Notes: generated by a model not told the origin, from the sequence alone. A stretch of 64,000 bases of DNA from Chloroflexota bacterium (GCA_016190485.1 JACPQN010000018.1:12060-76059); one strand, 5' to 3'. Shown: positions 18,440-26,846, numbered from the stretch's first letter. A program made the numbers and translations.

Positions 18440-19663
18440 ATGGGGAGCAGAAAGGCCCTAAAGGGCATAAGGGTGCTGGACTTCACCTGGTTCGGAGCAG
18501 GGCCGGTGAGCACTAAGCTGCTCTCCGCCAACGGCGCTGAGGTCATCCGGGTGGAGTCGCAGCACCGGGTGGACGGCATGCGCCCCCAGCAGCCCAAGGT
18601 GGGCGACCAGACCAGCCTCAACACCAGCCTCTACTTCAACAACCTGAACACCGATAAGTGGGGCGTGCTCCTGGACCTGAACCACCCCAGGGGGCTGGCC
18701 CTGGCCAAGCAGTTGGCCGTCCTGAGCGACATCCTCATCACCAACTTCAGCCCCCGGGCCATCGACAAGTGGGGGCTGGACTACCCGTCCCTCAAGCAGT
18801 TGCGAGAGGACATCATCGTCATCCACATGCCGGCCATGGGCATGACCGGCCCCAAGCGCCACTACGCCGGTTTCGGCCCCGGCATCAAGGCCATCGCGGG
18901 CCTGAACATGCTCATGGGCTTCGAGGGCACGCCGCCCGTGGGTCCCCAGGGATCCTACACCGACTTCTGCCTCAATCCCTCCCACTGCATGACGGCCTGC
19001 CTGGCGGCCCTCCACTACCGCAACCGCACCGGCAAGGGGCAGTTCATCGACCTCTCCCAGTACGAGTCGGTGATCAACGCCACCGGCCCGGCCATCCTGG
19101 AGTACACGGTGAACGGCCGGGTGCCGCCCCGCATCGGCAACCGCCATCCGGCCATGGCGCCCCACGGCGCCTACCGCTGCAAGGGCGAGGACCGCTGGGT
19201 GGCCATCGCCGTGGAGGACGACCAGCGGTGGGAGAGCTTCTGCCTGGCCCTGGAAAAGCCGGAGTGGCTGGCCGACGGACGCCTCGCGACGCTGGTGGGC
19301 CGCCTGGAGCACCAGGACGAGCTGGACTGCCAGATCACCGAGTGGACTAGCAGCAGGACGGCCGAAGAGGTCATGTTCCTGCTCCAGCAGGCCGGCGTGG
19401 CCGCGGGCGTGGTCCAGACCTCGGAGGACCTCTTCGAGCGGGACATCCACATGCGGGCCCGGGAGCACTACGTGTGGCTGGACCACCCTGAGACGGGCCC
19501 GGCGCCGGCGGACAGCCCGGCCTTCCGGTTCAACCGGCTGGCCTGGCAGCCGCAGCGGGCCGCCCCCTGCATGGGCGAGCACATCGACCACATCTTCCAG
19601 AACCTCCTGGGCCTCACCATGGACCAGATGAACGATCTCATCATCGAGAACGTGTTCTACTAG
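18440..19663 (+). CDS. family III CoA-transferase (CaiB/BaiF family), second paralogue
   Basis: …LKGIRVLDFTWFGAGPVSTKLLSANGAEVIRVES…; 407 aa; clearly diverged from the upstream paralogue. Confidence 0.9.
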   Translation: MGSRKALKGIRVLDFTWFGAGPVSTKLLSANGAEVIRVESQHRVDGMRPQQPKVGDQTSLNTSLYFNNLNTDKWGVLLDLNHPRGLALAKQLAVLSDILITNFSPRAIDKWGLDYPSLKQLREDIIVIHMPAMGMTGPKRHYAGFGPGIKAIAGLNMLMGFEGTPPVGPQGSYTDFCLNPSHCMTACLAALHYRNRTGKGQFIDLSQYESVINATGPAILEYTVNGRVPPRIGNRHPAMAPHGAYRCKGEDRWVAIAVEDDQRWESFCLALEKPEWLADGRLATLVGRLEHQDELDCQITEWTSSRTAEEVMFLLQQAGVAAGVVQTSEDLFERDIHMRAREHYVWLDHPETGPAPADSPAFRFNRLAWQPQRAAPCMGEHIDHIFQNLLGLTMDQMNDLIIENVFY

Positions 19664-19688
19664 TAGGCGTCGCCGCCCTACCCCAGGC

Positions 19689-19733
19689 GCAGCCGCTCCC
19701 TCCGAAAGGCCCAGGAAGCGGCCGCAGGTTTTT
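19689..19733 (+). terminator. terminator-like hairpin after the CoA-transferase operon
   Basis: Arms GCAGCCGCT / AGCGGCCGC (8 of 9 pairs), 19-nt loop, then AGGTTTTT. Confidence 0.4.
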
Positions 19734-19759
19734 CAGCGTGGTAGCGGGCGCACTCCCAT

Positions 19760-19860
19760 GAGGGTGTTTATCAAGCCGCCACCTCAGGCTCAAGCCTGAG
19801 GCATTCAGAGCGGCTATGCTGCAGGCTGAAGCCTGCAGCGCGGAGTTGTTAAACACTCTC
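19760..19860. repeat. compound structured element: outer 11-bp stem enclosing two near-identical 8-bp hairpins
   Basis: Outer arms GAGGGTGTTTA (19760-70) / TAAACACTCTC (19850-60). Hairpin 1 is CCTCAGGC-tcaa-GCCTGAGG (19782-19801); hairpin 2 is CTGCAGGC-tgaa-GCCTGCAG (19819-19838). Confidence 0.55.
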
Positions 19861-19872
19861 CTCCTATTCCTC

Positions 19873-19901
19873 TTGACCCATAACCTTCATACTGCTATAG
19901 T
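19873..19901 (+). promoter_or_regulatory. sigma-70-type promoter candidate for the DUF169 gene
   Basis: TTGACC, 17-nt spacer, TATAGT, 75 nt upstream of the ATG at 19976. Confidence 0.45.
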
Positions 19902-19975
19902 CCAGTCGCTATCGTGACAAGTATGGCAGCATCGTTTCGCCTGCGTCGCGAGACCCTACCTTCTCAGGAGGCACC

Positions 19976-20692
19976 ATGAGCAACGCGTCCGTCGCATCCT
20001 CGCTGCAAGACCGGCTGCAACTGAGCATCGCACCCGTCGCCGTGGCCTTCGTCCAGGAGCAGCCCCCGGGCGTGCCGCGCACCCAGAAACTGGCCCCCTC
20101 GGCCTGTGGCTTCTGGCGCCAGGCGGAGAAGGAGGTCTTCTACGCGGCAGCGGAGGACCACCACAACTGTCCCGTGGGCACCTACGTCATGGGTTTCCCC
20201 ATGTCCGAGCAGATGATGGAGGCCCTCATGGGGGAGATCGGCTACATGTGCACCAGCGCCTACGTGGAAGAGGCGGAGGTGCCCCAGGTGCCCAAGGTGC
20301 AGGAGTCCCGGGCCGGCATCGTCTACGGCCCGCTGCGGGACTTCCCGCTGGAGCCGGACGCCGTGCTCCTCTGGGTCAACCCCCAGCAGGCTATGCTCCT
20401 GACGGAGAGCTGCGGCGGCATCAACTGGACCAGGCCGCCCCAGAGCATTTTCGGTCGGCCGGGGTGCGCCGCCATCCCCGTGGCCATGCAGGGCGACCAG
20501 CCCGCCCTCTCCTTCGGCTGCGTGGGCATGCGCATCAACACCGACATCGGTGGCGAGTACTTCCTGATGGCGCTATCCCGCCAGCAGCTCGCCTCGCTGG
20601 AGTCGGCCCTCTTCGTGACCAACGAGGTGCACTACAAGATGCGCTCCTACTACCTGGACCGGGCGGCCAAAGCGCCCTCAGTGCGCACGTAG
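19976..20692 (+). CDS. DUF169 (COG2043) family protein
   Basis: …PVAVAFVQE…SACGFWRQA…HHNCPVGTYVMGF…GRPGCAAIP… matches DUF169 as recalled. AGGAGG SD. Confidence 0.7.
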   Translation: MSNASVASSLQDRLQLSIAPVAVAFVQEQPPGVPRTQKLAPSACGFWRQAEKEVFYAAAEDHHNCPVGTYVMGFPMSEQMMEALMGEIGYMCTSAYVEEAEVPQVPKVQESRAGIVYGPLRDFPLEPDAVLLWVNPQQAMLLTESCGGINWTRPPQSIFGRPGCAAIPVAMQGDQPALSFGCVGMRINTDIGGEYFLMALSRQQLASLESALFVTNEVHYKMRSYYLDRAAKAPSVRT

Positions 20693-20735
20693 CCTGCAAG
20701 GTTTCCATGTAGGGTGGGGGCTTATTCCCCCACTC

Positions 20736-20763
20736 CCGGGCGGGCCACAAGGGACCGCCCTAC
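20736..20763. repeat. GGCGGGCC-loop-GGxCCGCC hairpin repeat (inverted copy of the 47607/47757 elements)
   Basis: CGGGCGGGCCACAAGGGACCGCCC is the reverse complement (one change) of GGGCGGGCCCTTGTGGCCCGCC found at 47757. Confidence 0.55.
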
Positions 20764-20878
20764 AACCGTCTCGGTTCCCTTTCAGGTCCTGGGGAGCGGA
20801 TCATAAGCCCCAGCGCGCCGTGACTGTGTTCATAGCTTGGTGGAGTCTGCCGGCATCCGCTCATGGTGAGCCGAGTTT

Positions 20879-20932
20879 ACCCTGAGCTTGCCGAAGGGAA
20901 CCATGAGCCGCTCGCCCTTCGACGTGCTCAGG
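20879..20932. repeat. palindromic dispersed repeat (CCCTGAGCTTGCCGAAGGG … CCCTTCGACGTGCTCAGGG)
   Basis: ~19-bp imperfect inverted arms around a 16-nt spacer. Same CGAAGGG/CCCTTCGAC and CTCAGGG words as the family. Confidence 0.6.
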
Positions 20933-21051
20933 GTGAGCGGGAGAAATATCACCCACCATTTGTGAAGCAGTTACAGCGCGCCTCCCGCTTGCCATTCTCC
21001 GACGTGTCCTCTATCGTAGGGACAGAAACCACTGAAGGGGCGGAGATAGCC

Positions 21052-21912
21052 GTGACAACCCGTGCGGGAGACCGTGCCTCCTCGGCGCAGGTAGACGCCC
21101 GGTTTTTCCGGGGCCTCAGCGACCCCACGCGCCTCATCCTGCTGGAGACCCTCCTGGATCTGGGGGAGATGAACGTGGCCAGCATGACGGCGGCCCTGGG
21201 GCTGTCCCGCAGCCGCATCGCCACCCACCTGGCCTGCTTGCGCTCCTGCGGCTACGTCACCGCCCGCCGGGAGGGGCGTTTCCTCTACTACGCCATCTCT
21301 GATCCCAGGGTGAAGGAGCTGCTGGCCCTGGCCCGGTCCATCAGCTCTGAGCATGGGGACGCCCTAGCCTGCTGCCAGATCATCGAGGGGTTCACGGCGG
21401 AGCTGCTGCTGACGCCGCCAGCGCTCCGGCCACTACCCGCTCGCTGGGGCCGGCGCAGCGCCACGCCACGTCAGCCGGAAGCAAGCGCAGACCTGTCGTT
21501 CGGCGCCTGGCTGGGCGAGCGTATGCGTCAGCAAGGACTTTCCGCGCGGGACCTGGCAGGTGCGCTGCGGATCAGCGCCGCCGCGGTCTCTCGCTGGCTC
21601 TACCGGGGCGGGCTCCCCCTACCTTCCGTACGCCCGCGCTTGGCCGAAGCGCTCTGGGTCAGCGCGGACGAGGTGCGGCAGCGGACGCAGAGTCTGCGCG
21701 GCGCTCGGCCCTCGGCCTTTGCCACCTGGCTGGACCAGCAGCTCCAGCAGCGGGACTGGACCCGCGCCGAGCTGGCCCGCCGCCTAAAGCTGGAGCCCCA
21801 CAGCGTGGTCTCCTGGTTCCGACGGGGCGCGCGGCCCCGGCGTACTTCGCTGGAAAAGCTGGCCGCGCTGCTGGCAGTGGCGCCCAGCAGCATCCCCCCT
21901 GCACCGGAGTAG
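21052..21912 (+). CDS. transcriptional regulator: ArsR/SmtB wHTH fused to two XRE-type HTH modules
   Basis: ArsR core …FFRGLSDPTRLILLETLLDLGEMNVASMTAALGLSRSRIATHLACLRSCGYVTARREGRFLYYAI…, then two HTH-like repeats (…LSARDLAGALRISAAAVSRWL… and …WTRAELARRLKLEPHSVVSWF…). Start is uncertain: the ORF opens at 20863 but its 5' part is repeat-encoded. GTG at 21052 follows GAAGGGGCGGAG. Confidence 0.7.
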   Translation: MTTRAGDRASSAQVDARFFRGLSDPTRLILLETLLDLGEMNVASMTAALGLSRSRIATHLACLRSCGYVTARREGRFLYYAISDPRVKELLALARSISSEHGDALACCQIIEGFTAELLLTPPALRPLPARWGRRSATPRQPEASADLSFGAWLGERMRQQGLSARDLAGALRISAAAVSRWLYRGGLPLPSVRPRLAEALWVSADEVRQRTQSLRGARPSAFATWLDQQLQQRDWTRAELARRLKLEPHSVVSWFRRGARPRRTSLEKLAALLAVAPSSIPPAPE

Positions 21913-21962
21913 CGCTCCGGCCTGGGCGCCCCCTGCGAGCCAAGAGGCCCTACCCCCTCGCT

Positions 21963-23084
21963 ATGCGGCGTATCGCCATCCTCGGCTCCACGGGGCTCGC
22001 GGGCCAGCAAGCCCTGGAGGTGGTCAGGGCCTTCCCCCACCAGCTCAAAGTTGCCGGCCTGGCCGCCCACACCGACCATCCGCTGCTGGCCCAGCAGGTG
22101 GAAGAGTTCCGGCCGGACCTGGTGTGCTACACCGGAGACGCCGCGCCCTCGACCTCTCTGGGGGGCAAGCGAGTCGCCACCATGGAAGAGATGGCAGTGC
22201 ATCCGGCGGTGGACCTGGTGCTAAGCGCCACAGCCAGCGGCGGGGCGGGGCTGGCCGCCGCCTTGGCTGCCCTCCTGTCCGGCAAGGTCCTGGCTCTGGC
22301 CAGCCTGAAGCTCACGACCATGGCCGGGGCGCTGCTGACCGCGACGGCCGGGGCACACAATGCCTCCATCCTGCCGGTGCACGGTGCCCTGAGCGCCATC
22401 TGGCAGTGCCTGCGCGGCGAACCAGGCTCCGTCAAACGGGTGGTCCTCACGGCCACGGAGGAGGACGCCGACGCCCAGGCGCTCAAAGAGGAGAACCAGA
22501 CCGCCCCCCTGGGGGACTCCGCTGGGCGCCGCGTGGGGGGGGAGGCTCGTGTGAACGACATGACCATGATGACCCTGGGGATGCAGGCCATCGCCGTGGA
22601 GAGCTTCTTCGGCATCCCCTGCGAGAAAGTGGAGTTCGTCATCCATCCCGCGGCTGTGGTCCGCTCCCTGGTGGAGTTCGTGGACGGCTCGGTGAAGGCG
22701 GTGCTTAGCCAGCCTACACGGCACTCCTCCCTCCAACTGGCCCTCTCCTATCCAGAGCGCTGGAGCATCCCTGAGATGTCCTCCGTAGACCTGGTGAAGG
22801 TGGGGCGCCTGACCTTCCATCCCCTGGACGCGAACCGCTACCCCTGCCTGGCCCTAGCGCTGGAGGCGGGCAAAAGCCGTGGCACGGCGCCCACCGTGCT
22901 CAACGCAGCCAACGAAGTGGCAGTCTCGGCCTTCCTGAGCCACCAGATCGCCCTGAACGAGGTGCCCCAGGTCATCGGCGCCGTGCTGCGGGCCCACACC
23001 CCCGTCCCACACCCGACCTTCCGGGACATCGTGGCCGCGGACGCCTGGGCCCGGAACGAAGCTGGCAAGCGCCCGTCGGCCTAG
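21963..23084 (+). CDS. DXR (1-deoxy-D-xylulose-5-phosphate reductoisomerase) homologue lacking the catalytic motifs
   Basis: Retains ILGSTGLAGQQAL, HPAAVVRSLVEFVDGSVKAVLSQP and NAANEVAVSAFL. But PVDSEH->PVHGAL, LANKES->LALASLK, GSGGPF->ATEEDA, MNKGLE->MMTLGMQ, and there is no HPNWSMG. Confidence 0.8.
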   Translation: MRRIAILGSTGLAGQQALEVVRAFPHQLKVAGLAAHTDHPLLAQQVEEFRPDLVCYTGDAAPSTSLGGKRVATMEEMAVHPAVDLVLSATASGGAGLAAALAALLSGKVLALASLKLTTMAGALLTATAGAHNASILPVHGALSAIWQCLRGEPGSVKRVVLTATEEDADAQALKEENQTAPLGDSAGRRVGGEARVNDMTMMTLGMQAIAVESFFGIPCEKVEFVIHPAAVVRSLVEFVDGSVKAVLSQPTRHSSLQLALSYPERWSIPEMSSVDLVKVGRLTFHPLDANRYPCLALALEAGKSRGTAPTVLNAANEVAVSAFLSHQIALNEVPQVIGAVLRAHTPVPHPTFRDIVAADAWARNEAGKRPSA

Positions 23085-23134
23085 CCCAGGGCGCTCCCGG
23101 GCCCTCCCTTCTCCTCCACCATTTGCATCAGAAT

Positions 23135-23152
23135 CTGGTGGTTTATCACCAG
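23135..23152. promoter_or_regulatory. 18-bp palindrome CTGGTGgtttatCACCAG upstream of the oxidoreductase promoter (possible operator)
   Basis: Perfect 6-bp arms with a 6-nt spacer, ending 15 bp upstream of the TTGACA at 23168. Confidence 0.3.
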
Positions 23153-23167
23153 TATCTATAAGAGCGA

Positions 23168-23196
23168 TTGACAGCATTTGTAGGTCGTACTACACT
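23168..23196 (+). promoter_or_regulatory. sigma-70-type promoter candidate for the FAD-oxidoreductase operon
   Basis: TTGACA (perfect -35), 17-nt spacer, TACACT. Confidence 0.4.
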
Positions 23197-23237
23197 CGGC
23201 ATGGTGTCCGCCTATCGTTGTGGGAGCTTTGCCTCAA

Positions 23238-23337
23238 ATGTCATTCTGAAGGAGCGAAGCGACTGAAGAATCTGGTGGCGGGGCAACGGATGACTCACGA
23301 CCCTCCCCACCAGACCCTTCGCTTCGCTCAGGGTGAC
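23238..23337. repeat. ~100-bp MITE-like palindromic element in the 5' leader
   Basis: Termini TGTCATTCTGAAGGAGCGAAGCGA … TTCGCTTCGCTCAGGGTGACA are imperfect inverted repeats. This is the GTCA..CTGA..GCGAAGCG type element common in bacterial genomes. Confidence 0.5.
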
Positions 23338-23386
23338 AATGAGTTCACTACTTTGGGGGCAAAGCCCGTTGTGGGAGCGAGGAACT

Positions 23387-24871
23387 ATGAGCCAAGAGTA
23401 CGACGTCGCAGTGGTGGGGGGTGGGGTGGTGGGGTGCGCCATCGCCCGGGAGCTGAGCCGCTACCAGCTCAAGGTCGTCCTTCTGGAGAAGGAGAGCGAC
23501 GTGGGCCGAGGGACCAGCGGCAAGAATAGCGCCGTGGTGCATACCGGATTCAACGTGCCCGTGGGGTCTGTGAAGGCGCGGCTGAACGTGGCCGGCGCCA
23601 GGATGTACGGGGAGCTGTGCGCCCAGCTCAGCGTGCCCTTCAAGCGGGTGGGGAAGCTGGTGGTGGCCCTGACCCCCGACCAGGTGCCCGAGCTGGAGAA
23701 GCTGAAGGCCACGGGAGACCGCAACGGCGTCTCCGCCCTGGAGATCATCGGCGGCGACGCCATCAGGCGCATGGAGCCCAATATCAGCGGCTACGCCGCC
23801 CTCCACGCGCCCACGGCAGCCATCATCTGCCCCTTCAGGATGACCATCGCCCTGGCGGAGAACGCCGTGGCCAATGGCGCGACCATTCTGCTGGATGCCC
23901 CGGTGACCGCCATCTCCGGCAAGGCCGGGGCCTTCCGCATCACCAGCGGGCAGGGCACGGTGCGGAGCAAGCTGGTGGTCAATGCCGCGGGCCTCTACGC
24001 TGACCATGTGGCCCGGCTGGCCGGCGTGCGTCGCTACAAGATCTGGCCCTGCCGGGGCGAGTACCTCATCATCGACAAGGCCCGGAGCGACCTGATCCAT
24101 GGCATGATCTACCCGGTACCGCCCAAGGGAGGCTCCGGCCTGGGCGTGCATCTGACGCCCACCATAGACGGTAACATCCTCCTTGGCCCCAGCGCGGAGT
24201 ACGTGCGCTCCAAGAGCAACGACGCCACCACGGCAGCAGTCGCCCGGACCCTGATGCAGGAGGCCCAGCAGTTCCTCCCGGCCCTGAATCCCCGGGACGT
24301 CATCACCGCGTACGCCGGCATCCGCCCCAAGACGGTGAGCTCCGCAGTGGGTGGCTTCGGCGACTTCATCATCGAAGAGGCGCCGGAGCTGCCGGGGATG
24401 CTGCACCTGGTGGGCATCGAGTCGCCCGGCCTCACCGCGGCCCCGGCCATCGCCCAGGACGTGGCCCAGTGGGTGGGCCTCCATCAGCCGCTGCAAGCCA
24501 ACCCGGCCTTCCACCCGGAGCGGAAGCTGCCAGCTCCCTTCCACGAGCTGCCCACAGAGCAGCAGGCCTCATTGGTGGCCCAAGACCCCGACTACGGCCA
24601 GATCGTCTGCCGGTGTGAGACCGTCACCCGCAGCGAGGTGCTGCGGGCCATCCATAACCCCCTGGGCGTTCATACCCTGGGCGGCGTCAAGTACCGCTCC
24701 CGGGTGACCATGGGGCGCTGCCAGGGGGGCTTCTGCGGCCCCCGGGTGGAGGAGATGATGGAAGAAGAGCTGGGCCTACCGGCCACCACCATGACCCAAA
24801 GGGGGCCGGGGTCCTGGCTCTTTGCGGGCACCACCAAGGAACTGAGGACAGCATGCGCACCGAAGCTGTAG
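23387..24871 (+). CDS. FAD-dependent oxidoreductase (GlpA/LhgO-like) with C-terminal BFD-like [2Fe-2S] domain
   Basis: YDVAVVGGGVVGCAIAREL…GTSGKNSAVVHTG… and a C-terminal …VCRCETVTRSEV…GRCQGGFCGPRV. ATG at 23387 (the tracked ORF from 23333 includes repeat sequence). Confidence 0.88.
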   Translation: MSQEYDVAVVGGGVVGCAIARELSRYQLKVVLLEKESDVGRGTSGKNSAVVHTGFNVPVGSVKARLNVAGARMYGELCAQLSVPFKRVGKLVVALTPDQVPELEKLKATGDRNGVSALEIIGGDAIRRMEPNISGYAALHAPTAAIICPFRMTIALAENAVANGATILLDAPVTAISGKAGAFRITSGQGTVRSKLVVNAAGLYADHVARLAGVRRYKIWPCRGEYLIIDKARSDLIHGMIYPVPPKGGSGLGVHLTPTIDGNILLGPSAEYVRSKSNDATTAAVARTLMQEAQQFLPALNPRDVITAYAGIRPKTVSSAVGGFGDFIIEEAPELPGMLHLVGIESPGLTAAPAIAQDVAQWVGLHQPLQANPAFHPERKLPAPFHELPTEQQASLVAQDPDYGQIVCRCETVTRSEVLRAIHNPLGVHTLGGVKYRSRVTMGRCQGGFCGPRVEEMMEEELGLPATTMTQRGPGSWLFAGTTKELRTACAPKL

Positions 24872-26097
24872 ATGTCGCAATAGTGGGGGGTGGCCCCTCC
24901 GGTATGGCCGCCGCGGTGGCGGCGCGCAGGGCGGGAGCCGAGAAGGTGGTGCTGTTGGAGCGGGGCGAGCAGCTCGGCGGCATCCTGAACCAGTGCATTC
25001 ACGATGGCTTCGGCACCAAGGTCTTCGAGCAGGCCCTGACCGGGCCGGAGTACGCCCAGATCTACATCGACCGCATGGAGGAGACGGGGGTCTCGTACGC
25101 CCTGAACACGATGGTGCTGGACCTCTCCCCGGAGCGGGAGCTGACGGTCTGCTCCAGCCAGGGGCTGCGCCAGATCAACGCCAAGGCAGTGGTGCTGTGC
25201 ATGGGCTGCCGGGAGCGGACTCGGGGCGCCATTCGCATCCCCGGACACCGGCCCGCGGGCGTCTACACCGCGGGCGTGGTGCAGTACTACATGAACCTGC
25301 GCAACCTCGCGGTGGGCCGGAGAGTCGTGATCCTCGGTTCGGGCGACGTGGGACTCATCATGGCGCGCCGGCTGACCCTGGAGGGCGCCCAGGTGCTGTG
25401 CGTGGCGGAGATCCTCCCCTACCCCAGCGGGCTGGCCCGGAACATCGTCCAGTGCCTGGATGACTTCGATATCCCCCTCTACCTCCGCACGACGGTGGTG
25501 GAGATCCACGGGCGGGACCGGGTCACCGGCGTGACCCTGGCACAGATCGGACCCCACGGCGGGATCGTCCCGGGCACGAAGCGGCTGGTGGAGTGCGACA
25601 CCCTCCTCCTCTCCGTGGGGCTCATACCAGAAAACGAGCTCTCCAAGAAGGCCCGGGTGGCCCTCAGCCCGGTCACGGGCGGCCCGGTGGTGGACGACCA
25701 CCTGCAGACCTCTGTCCCCGGCGTTTTCACCGCGGGTAACGCGCTCCAGGTGCACGACCTGGTGGACTACGCCTGCCTGGAAGCCGAGAGGGCTGGAGCC
25801 AGCGCCGCCCGCTACGCCATGGCGGGGCGACTGCCCGCCGCGGAGATCGCGGTGCGCCCCGGCCAGGGGATCCGCTACGTGGTCCCCCAACTGGTCAGCG
25901 GCACCGAGTCGGTGGACTTCTCCATGCGGGTGGTGAGCCCCGACCATGACCGCTACGTGATCTTCCGGCGGGACGGCCACGAGCTGCGGCGGATGAAGGA
26001 GAACGTGCTGGCGCCCGCGTCTATGCTGCGCATCCGGGTGCGGTCCGACCGCTTCCAGCGCGGGGCAGGAGAGCTCACCGTGGAGGTGGGAGCATGA
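24853..26097 (+). CDS. pyridine nucleotide-disulfide (FAD/NAD-binding) oxidoreductase
   Basis: VDVAIVGGGPSGMAAAVAARRAG…, a second Rossmann motif VVILGSGDVGLIMARRL, and …VFTAGNA… 19-nt overlap with the upstream gene. Confidence 0.85.
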   Translation: MRTEAVDVAIVGGGPSGMAAAVAARRAGAEKVVLLERGEQLGGILNQCIHDGFGTKVFEQALTGPEYAQIYIDRMEETGVSYALNTMVLDLSPERELTVCSSQGLRQINAKAVVLCMGCRERTRGAIRIPGHRPAGVYTAGVVQYYMNLRNLAVGRRVVILGSGDVGLIMARRLTLEGAQVLCVAEILPYPSGLARNIVQCLDDFDIPLYLRTTVVEIHGRDRVTGVTLAQIGPHGGIVPGTKRLVECDTLLLSVGLIPENELSKKARVALSPVTGGPVVDDHLQTSVPGVFTAGNALQVHDLVDYACLEAERAGASAARYAMAGRLPAAEIAVRPGQGIRYVVPQLVSGTESVDFSMRVVSPDHDRYVIFRRDGHELRRMKENVLAPASMLRIRVRSDRFQRGAGELTVEVGA

Positions 26098-26459
26098 AAG
26101 GCAAGTTCGTCTGCGTCGTCTGTCCCACGAGCTGCGACGTCAACGCCGAGTGGAACGAGACAGAGCTGCTGAGCATAGACCACGCCCAGTGCAAGCTGGC
26201 CTGGGAGTTCATACGGGGCGAGATTTTTGACCCCCGACGAACGGTGACTACCTCTATCATGGTGGACGGTGGCGAGTTGCCGCTGGTCAGCGTCAAGACC
26301 CGCACACCCGTGCCCAAAGCTCAAGTGCTGGCGGTCATGGACCGCCTGGCCGACGTGATGGTCCGCGCCCCTGTGGACATCGGTGAGGTGATCGTGCCCG
26401 ATGTGCTGGGCACGGGTTCCGACGTAGTGGCCACCAGGAAGGTGAAGCACAAGGGCTGA
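26094..26459 (+). CDS. DUF1667 domain protein
   Basis: MKGKFVCVVCPTSCDV…TTSIMVDGGELPLVSVKT…VIVPDVLGTGSDVVATR. It is the canonical third member of the oxidoreductase trio. 4-nt overlap. Confidence 0.85.
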   Translation: MKGKFVCVVCPTSCDVNAEWNETELLSIDHAQCKLAWEFIRGEIFDPRRTVTTSIMVDGGELPLVSVKTRTPVPKAQVLAVMDRLADVMVRAPVDIGEVIVPDVLGTGSDVVATRKVKHKG

Positions 26460-26588
26460 CTTCCCACAGGCAAGATACACCCCCCAGGCGGCAGTTGCGC
26501 CCAGCTTGAGCTGGCCTACCGGCAGGCAGGCGCAGCGGGGGTGCGCCACCTTCTCGCGACGATTCGTGCCCTCCCCCAACTCCCCCTT

Positions 26589-26621
26589 CCAGGGAGGGGA
26601 ATGCTATTCCTCCCTCTGCCA
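26589..26621. repeat. 33-bp direct repeat, copy 1 (CCAGGGAGGGGAATGCTATTCCTCCCtCTGCCA)
   Basis: Near-identical copy at 26889-26921, 300 bp away. Contains a GGGAGG / CCTCCC hairpin. Confidence 0.65.
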
Positions 26622-26741
26622 GGGGGAGGCGAGGAGGGGGCGACATATGTCCCGGGATATGCTCACCCCCAACCCCTCCCTTCATGGTCATTGACAAAAT
26701 AGTCGACATCCGCAGTGTGGCCGGGCTTACCCTCTCCCTAG

Positions 26742-26846
26742 CCCTCTGGTTCGACGCCGCTCACCACAGGTCCCATCAAGGGAGAGGGAACATTTCCTCC
26801 CTCCCCTGGTGGGAGGGAGATAGACCTGTCCTGAGCCTGCCGAAGG
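26742..26846. repeat. two copies of the dispersed hairpin-repeat family in a convergent intergenic region
   Basis: CCCTCTGGTTCGACGCCGCTCACCACAGG (26742-26770) and CCTGTCCTGAGCCTGCCGAAGG (26825-26846). Confidence 0.55.

Noticed and set aside
26506-26694. 62-aa ORF in the DUF1667/HD-GYP spacer. Similar cases are 23218..23529 and the 5' part of 20863..21912.
   Set aside because: The reading frames are created by read-through of repeat elements (…SPFQGGECYSS…, …CHSEGAKRLKNL…, …ELAEGNHEP…), not genuine genes.
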